This document shows, one piece after another, positions 58,501-64,000 of a DNA stretch of 64,000 bases. The notes under the pieces are model-generated. The model did not search any database. It saw nothing but the letters and a program-made list of their open reading frames with translations, and had not been told where the DNA came from. Source of the DNA: Macrostomum lignano (Eukaryota); the NCBI GenBank assembly GCA_002269645.1, contig NIVC01001092.1, positions 152,136 through 216,135 on the forward strand. The letters run 5' to 3'. Both the position numbers and the translations under genes were made by a program. Every line of letters starts with the position of its first letter. Position 1 is the stretch's first letter.

Positions 58501-60630
58501 GGTCAGCTAGTATCGGTAATTGGGTCAGCTAGTATCGGTAATTGGGTCAGCTAGTATCGGTAATTGGGTCAGTATTTGTTTTGGAGTTTGTACAAATATA
58601 GCGAATGCAGAAAATTTGAGGAATTCAGGACAATCATTTCTCTGTATTTAAACAAATCTTAGTTGAACCATTGCAGCAGTTGAACTCGAACGAGTTACCT
58701 TAGTCTCGCCAGCAATGGGCGCCACCTTGCACACCAGCTTGGACCTCAGCGTATTAATAATGGAACTCTTGCCAACATTGGGGTAGCCGATAACGCCCAC
58801 AGCGATCTGCTTCTTGTCCGAGTGCAGCCGGCCGAACTGGCGCAGCAGGCCGATCAGGGCGCCCTTGCCGAACGGGTTGCGCATGCTGGCGTGGAATGCC
58901 AGTGTGGGGTACTCCCTGGATAGCAGCACCTTCCATCGCTTGGTGACAGGCACCGGCACCAGGTCCACTTTGTTTAGAATGAATATTATCGGCTTGCGCG
59001 TTTTTAAGTACCTTTCCAGATGGGGAGATCTCGTGCCAATCGGATCGCGAGCGTCCAGCACGTACAGGAGCACGTCTGAGGAGTCCAGCACCTTGTACAG
59101 CTCGTTCCACACGCGCTTGGACTGGCCGGCTCGGAATATCTGACGGAGATTTCAGTCTTTTATCAGAGTCATGGCGGGAGCTGTGTGCACCCTGGCGCAC
59201 AACCGGCGAGAGGCACACAAGCGCGCGGATACGTACGCAGTCATACGCACAGGCACACACTCACACGGGAGAGTACAGCGGCCCTAACTTAATCTATCGT
59301 TAGGCATGTACACTTCACTGCGCTTTGGGGAGTAGCCCTCAATTGCAGTTAATTGCACGAGCAGAGCCAAGCCAAGATTAATTTCAGCCCCCCCCCCACA
59401 TCACACTGTGGGGCTCTAGGGCTTGCAGTCACATTAGTTCAGCCGCAAATAATGTGACTGCGCTTGGAATCAAGCCTGGGCCACTGGCCAAAGATACCAG
59501 AGGACTAAAGGGCCTAAGGACCTAAGGATCCAAGAAGACTAAAGGGCCTAAGGACCTAAGGATCACAGAGAACTAAAGGACTTAAGGACCCAAGGATCAC
59601 AGAGGACTAAAAGGCTTAAAGGACCTAAGGATCACAGAGAACTAAAGGACCTAAGGACTTAAGGATCCCAGAGGACTAAAGGGCCTAAGGACCTAAGGAT
59701 CCAAGAAGACTAAAGGGCCTAAGGACCTAAGGATCACAGAGAACTAAAGGACTTAAGGACCCAAGGATCACAGAGGACTAAAAGGCTTAAAGGACCTAAG
59801 GATCACAGAGAACTAAAGGACCTAAGGACTTAAGGATCCCAGAGGACTAAAGGGCCTAAGGACCCAAGGATCCCAGAGGACTAAAGGGGCTAAGGACCCA
59901 AGGATCCCAGAGGACTAAAGGGGCTAAGGACCCAAGGATCCCAGAGGACTAAAGGGGCTAAGGACCCAAGGATCCCAGAGGACTAAAGGGGCTAAGGACC
60001 CAAGGATCCCAGAGGACTAAAGGGGCTAAGGACCCAAGGATCCCAGAGGACTAAAGGGCTAAGGACCCAAGGATCCAGAGGACTAAAGGGGCTAAGGACC
60101 CAAGGATCCCAGAGGACTAAAGGGGCTAAGGACCCAAGGATCCCAGAGGACTAAAGGGGCTAAGGACCCAAGGATCCCAGAGGACTAAAGGACCTGAGAA
60201 CCCAGAGATCTGAGGACACAGTTGCCAAACACGCCAGAGTAGAGATTAGAGAACCAAAATAATCCGGATATCAAACGGTGCTAGCCACCCACCGGCTCAG
60301 ACACCAGCTGTCGCACTCCGTCATCGTCCCTAGGCAGACTGGAATCTTTCTCAACTTCGTAGGCGTCGCCGCGCGCCTCGGCCGAAGCGGCCAACGCCGA
60401 TACGTCTTCGCACTGCAAGCGCGGCCGCTTCCTGCGCCGCTTCTGGCTGAATGTTTCCTCGAAGCTCTCCGTGTCCAGGATGTGCACCCGGCTATTCTTG
60501 GCCTTGCTATTCAACAGAGTGATTGGCAGTTTGGTACGCCGCATCACCACCTGGTAGGGGTCCTGCGACACTTTGGCCATCTCGTCTTGGAAGCTTTGCA
60601 GGTTCGACTGCGTGATCACGCGGGTGTTGC
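55503..60630 (-). CDS. GNL2: Nucleolar GTP-binding protein 2 (circularly permuted GTPase), 5'-incomplete
   Basis: Exons 60630-60293, 59139-58699, 57984-57530 and 56124-55503; phases are consistent. Motifs: [29 protein letters not shown] (G4), GYPNVGKS (G1), GETKVWQY, DCPG (G3), C-terminal KKVG..NVKNRN. The N-terminal exon(s) are not in the window. Confidence 0.96.
56240..57416. repeat. Intronic minisatellite, 30-bp unit GACTCAGGGATCAGCGACAATGGCTTAGTT
   Basis: Very homogeneous period 30 in the last GNL2 intron. It is stop-free on both strands, giving spurious 243/244-aa ORFs. Confidence 0.98.
58100..58575. repeat. Intronic minisatellite, 22-bp unit ATTGGGTCAGCTAGTATCGGTA
   Basis: Tandem units in a GNL2 intron. 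Confidence 0.96.
59173..59500 (-). mobile_element. Second, diverged copy of the 21065 SINE family in a GNL2 intron
   Basis: The reverse complement shares CCCAGGCT(C/T)GATTCCAAG, GCAGTCACATTA, GGCTTGGCTCTGCTCGTGCAATT, GCGCAGTGAAGTGTACATGCCTAACGATA, GCCTCTCGCCGGTTGTG and GTGCGCCAGGGTGCACACA with the first copy. Confidence 0.88.
59497..60200. repeat. Intronic minisatellite, ~34-bp unit GGATCCCAGAGGACTAAAGGGGCTAAGGACCCAA
   Basis: Period 34 in the homogeneous part; directly abuts the SINE 5' end. Confidence 0.96.
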
Positions 60631-60714
60631 CTGGGCGAGAGTGAGCGTGGGTCGCATTGGGCAGGTAATTTTATTGTTTCACTTTAGTCTCCAGCTGTGC
60701 AAATCCGTCTGGGT

Positions 60715-62945
60715 ATTTGGGTCAGTAAATATTGGGAATTTAAGTCGGTGAATATTGGGAAGTTGAGTCGGTGAATATTGGGAATTGAGTCAGTAAATAT
60801 TGGGTATTTGAGTCACTGAATATTGGGTATTTGAGTCAGTGAATATCGGGTATTTGAGTCAGTGAATATTGGGTATTTGAGACAGTGAATATCGGGTATT
60901 TGAGTCAGTAAAGAATGGGTATTTGAGTCAGTGAATATCGGGTATTTGAGTCAGTGAATATTGGGTATTTGAGGCAGTAAATATTGGGTATTTGAGTCAG
61001 TGAATATTGGGTATTTGAGGCAGTAAATATTGGGTATTTGATTCAGTTGGGTATTGGGTATTGAGTCAGTAAATATCGGGTATTTGAGTCAGTGAATATC
61101 GGGTATTTGAGTCAGTGAATATCGGGTATTTGAGTCAGTGAATATTGGGTATTTGAGTCAGTGAATATTGGGTATTTGAGTCAGTGAATATCGGGTATTT
61201 GAGTCAGTGAATATTGGGTATTTGAGTCAGTGAATATCGGGTATTTGAGTCAGTGAATATTGGGTATTTGAGACAGTGAATATCGGGTATTTGAGTCAGT
61301 AAAGAATGGGTATTTGAGTCAGTGAATATCGGGTATTTGAGTCAGTGAATATTGGGTATTTGAGGCAGTAAATATTGGGTATTTGAGTCAGTGAATATTG
61401 GGTATTTGAGTCAGTGAATATTGGGTATTTGAGTCAGTGAATATTGTGTATTTGAGGCAGTAAATATTGGGTATTTGAGGCAGTAAATATTGGGTATTTG
61501 ATTCAGTTGGGTATTGGGTATTGAGTCAGTAAATATTGGGTATTTGAGTCAGTGAATATTGGGTATTTGAGTCAGTGAATATCGGGTATTTGAGTCAGTG
61601 AATATTGGGTATTTGAGTCAGTGAATATCGGGTATTTGAGTCAGTGAATATCGGGTATTTGAGTCAGTGAATATCGGGTATTTGAGTCAGTGAATATTGG
61701 GTATTTGAGTCAGTGAATATCGGGTATTTGAGTCAGTGAATATTGGGTATTTGAGACAGTGAATATCGGGTATTTGAGTCAGTAAAGAATGGGTATTTGA
61801 GTCAGTGAATATCGGGTATTTGAGTCAGTGAATATTGGGTATTTGAGGCAGTAAATATTGGGTATTTGAGTCAGTGAATATTGGGTATTTGAGTCAGTGA
61901 ATATCGGGTATTTAAGTCAGTGAATATTGGGTATTTGAGTCAGTGAATATTGTGTATTTGAGGCAGTAAATATTGGGTATTTGAGTCAGTTGGGTATTGG
62001 GTATTGAGTCAGTAAATATCGGGTATTTGAGTCAGTGAATATCGGGTATTTGAGTCAGTGAATATCGGGTATTTGAGTCAGTGAATATCGGGTATTTGAG
62101 TCAGTGAATATTGGGTATTTGAGTCAGTGAATATCGGGTATTTGAGTCAGTGAATATTGGGTATTTGAGTCAGTGAATATCGGGTATTTGAGTCAGTGAA
62201 TATTGGGTATTTGAGACAGTGAATATCGGGTATTTGAGTCAGTAAAGAATGGGTATTTGTGTCAGTGAAAATCGGGTATTTGAGTCAGTGAATATTGGGT
62301 ATTTGAGGCAGTAAATATTGGGTATTTGAGTCAGTGAATATTGGGTATTTGAGTCAGTGAATATTGGGTATTTGAGTCAGTGAATATTGGGTATTTGAGG
62401 CAGTAAATATTGGGTATTTGAGTCAGTTGGGTATTGGGTATTGAATCAGTAAATATCGGGTATTGGAGTCAGTGAATATCGGGTATTTGAGTCAGTGAAT
62501 ATCGGGTATTTGAGTCAGTGAATATCGGGTATTTGAGTCAGTGAATATCGGGTATTTGAGTCAGTGAATATTGGGTATTTAAGTCAGTGAATATTGGGTA
62601 TTTGAGTCAGTGAATATCGGGTATTTGAGTCAGTGAATATTGGGTATTTGAGTCAGTGAATATCGGGTATTTGAGTCAGTAAAGAATGGGTATTTGAGTC
62701 AGTGAATATCGGGTATTTGAGTCAGTGAATATTGGGTATTTGAGGCAGTAAATATTGGGTATTTGAGTCAGTGAATATCGGGTATTTGAGTCAGTGAATA
62801 TCGGGTATTTGAGTCAGTGAATATCGGGTATTCGAGTCAGTGAATATTGGGTATTTGAGTCAGTGAATATCGGGTATTTGAGTCAGTGAATATCGGGTAT
62901 TTGAGTCAGTGAATATTGGGTATTTGAGGCAGTAAATATTGGGAA
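60715..62945. repeat. 2.2-kb intronic minisatellite, 23-bp unit TTTGAGTCAGTGAATATYGGGTA, with higher-order blocks
   Basis: Period 23; the variant GTAAAGAATGGG recurs every 17-21 units (~60908, 61299, 61782, 62242, 62679). Confidence 0.98.
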
Positions 62946-63087
62946 TTTTAATCAGACAGTCTTGAATAGTTGAGACAGTCTTAGGTATTTTAGTGGGTAA
63001 TTTTTAAGGTGTTTTTAACTCGTTACTTTAGCAAAACACTTCCTGACTAACATTACTTATGCAAGCTCGAAAATAAGTGCATTAAAC

Positions 63088-64000
63088 TGTAGTGAGCCGC
63101 TAGTTTATGGTTAGGCGTCGCCCTTGTCAGCCGTTCCCTTGCCCTCCCTTTGGGTTGCTGTCTGCCGCTGGTCAGCTTCCCGCCCTCCTTTCGCTTGCCT
63201 GTTGCCCCCGTGTCCTTTCCGCCCTGCTGCGTTTCCGTTCTCAGCCCTCAGTCTCTCGACTGTGGGCTGTCTCTGTTTCGCTTCCGTCCTGTTTTCCTCT
63301 GTCATGTGAGCAAGTCACATGACAGTTCTTGCGTTCTTTGAGTCTTAAAGTGCAGTAAACATGTTTACTGCACTCTCGCTGCCCCTGTTTACCGGGTGAG
63401 TCACGTGCTTTCGGACCCCTCCCTTCTCTAAGGAGAGGAGTGACTCATGTTGCTAAAAATAGCAACTGAGTCACAGCTGCGTGTACTCTGGCCGGGGGCC
63501 TCAAGTGACGTCAGTTCTAAAAATAGAACAAGTCACGAGGTTTTCCGCACGCTTGTACCCTGCCCAAGACTCTCGAGTGACGTCAGTTCTAAAAATAGAA
63601 CAAGTCACGAGTCTTGTGCGCGGGTGTTTCCCGGCTATAAATAGGAGCTCTCTCCCCTTGTTTCGTCAAGGAGTTTTGATTCCCGAGTTCTAAGACCCGT
63701 GTGCGTTAGCGTCTGAACTGAGCGCCCGACTGCGTTTATTGAATCTGTTCTTATTGGTCTGTCTGAGACCCGACCAAGCCAGCCCGAACGAGAGGCTAAC
63801 TCAGCCCCCCCCCTTTACCATCCTAGCCCGGCCGGAACTGCTGACGAGACGCCTAGTACGTTGACTGCAAATCTGCACGCTGTGCTGTGTTCGTTGACTT
63901 CGTTAATTTCGTTCCGATGGGAAGCTCACCTCACCGAAGGCCGAGACCTGAAGGAACTGGTGGCAGCACTACTTACGCTACTGAGATTTGAGAGAACTTC
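63088..64000 (+). mobile_element. Probable LTR (U3 enhancer plus TATA) of an LTR retrotransposon
   Basis: Sharp AT-to-GC transition at TGTAGTGAG (63088), a 36-bp direct repeat, a dense TF-site cluster, TATAAATAG at 63636, and TGGTGGCAGC at 63958 (complementary to a tRNA-Leu 3' end, PBS-like). There is no CA immediately before the PBS and no second LTR or ORF in view. Confidence 0.5.
63299..63644. promoter_or_regulatory. Enhancer/promoter cluster: M-box/E-box, FOX, AP-1, CRE and MEF2 consensus sites plus TATA
   Basis: TCATGTGA x2 (inverted), GTAAACA/TGTTTAC palindrome, TGAGTCA/TGACTCA x3, TGACGTCA x2, CTAAAAATAG x3, CTATAAATAG. Confidence 0.6.

Overview
Eukaryotic (metazoan) genomic DNA with spliceosomal GT-AG introns. 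GC-rich exons alternate with AT-rich introns and spacers holding about 19 minisatellite arrays (roughly 18 kb, ~28% of the window by my estimate). This architecture resembles the flatworm Macrostomum, but that is an inference. Seven protein-coding genes were assembled exon by exon: aminopeptidase P (+, 5' end outside the window), OCA2/P-protein (+), an intronless rhodopsin-class GPCR (+), CEPT1/CHPT1 (-), a ~4500-aa outer-arm axonemal dynein beta heavy chain (+, 14 exons), NUP93 (-) and GNL2/NOG2 (-, 5' end outside the window). Mobile elements: two tRNA-derived SINE families (one copy with a perfect 13-bp TSD), two MITEs and a probable LTR at the right end. Four single-base deletions break reading frames and look like assembly errors. 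The leading candidates for novelty are a hidden in-frame 63-codon Gln/Pro-rich cassette exon inside the dynein motor, an LTR-like segment built from palindromic transcription-factor sites, recurrent AP-1 heptamers in unrelated minisatellites, and a possible GNL2-NUP93 operon. No CRISPR, rRNA or intact tRNA genes were found.
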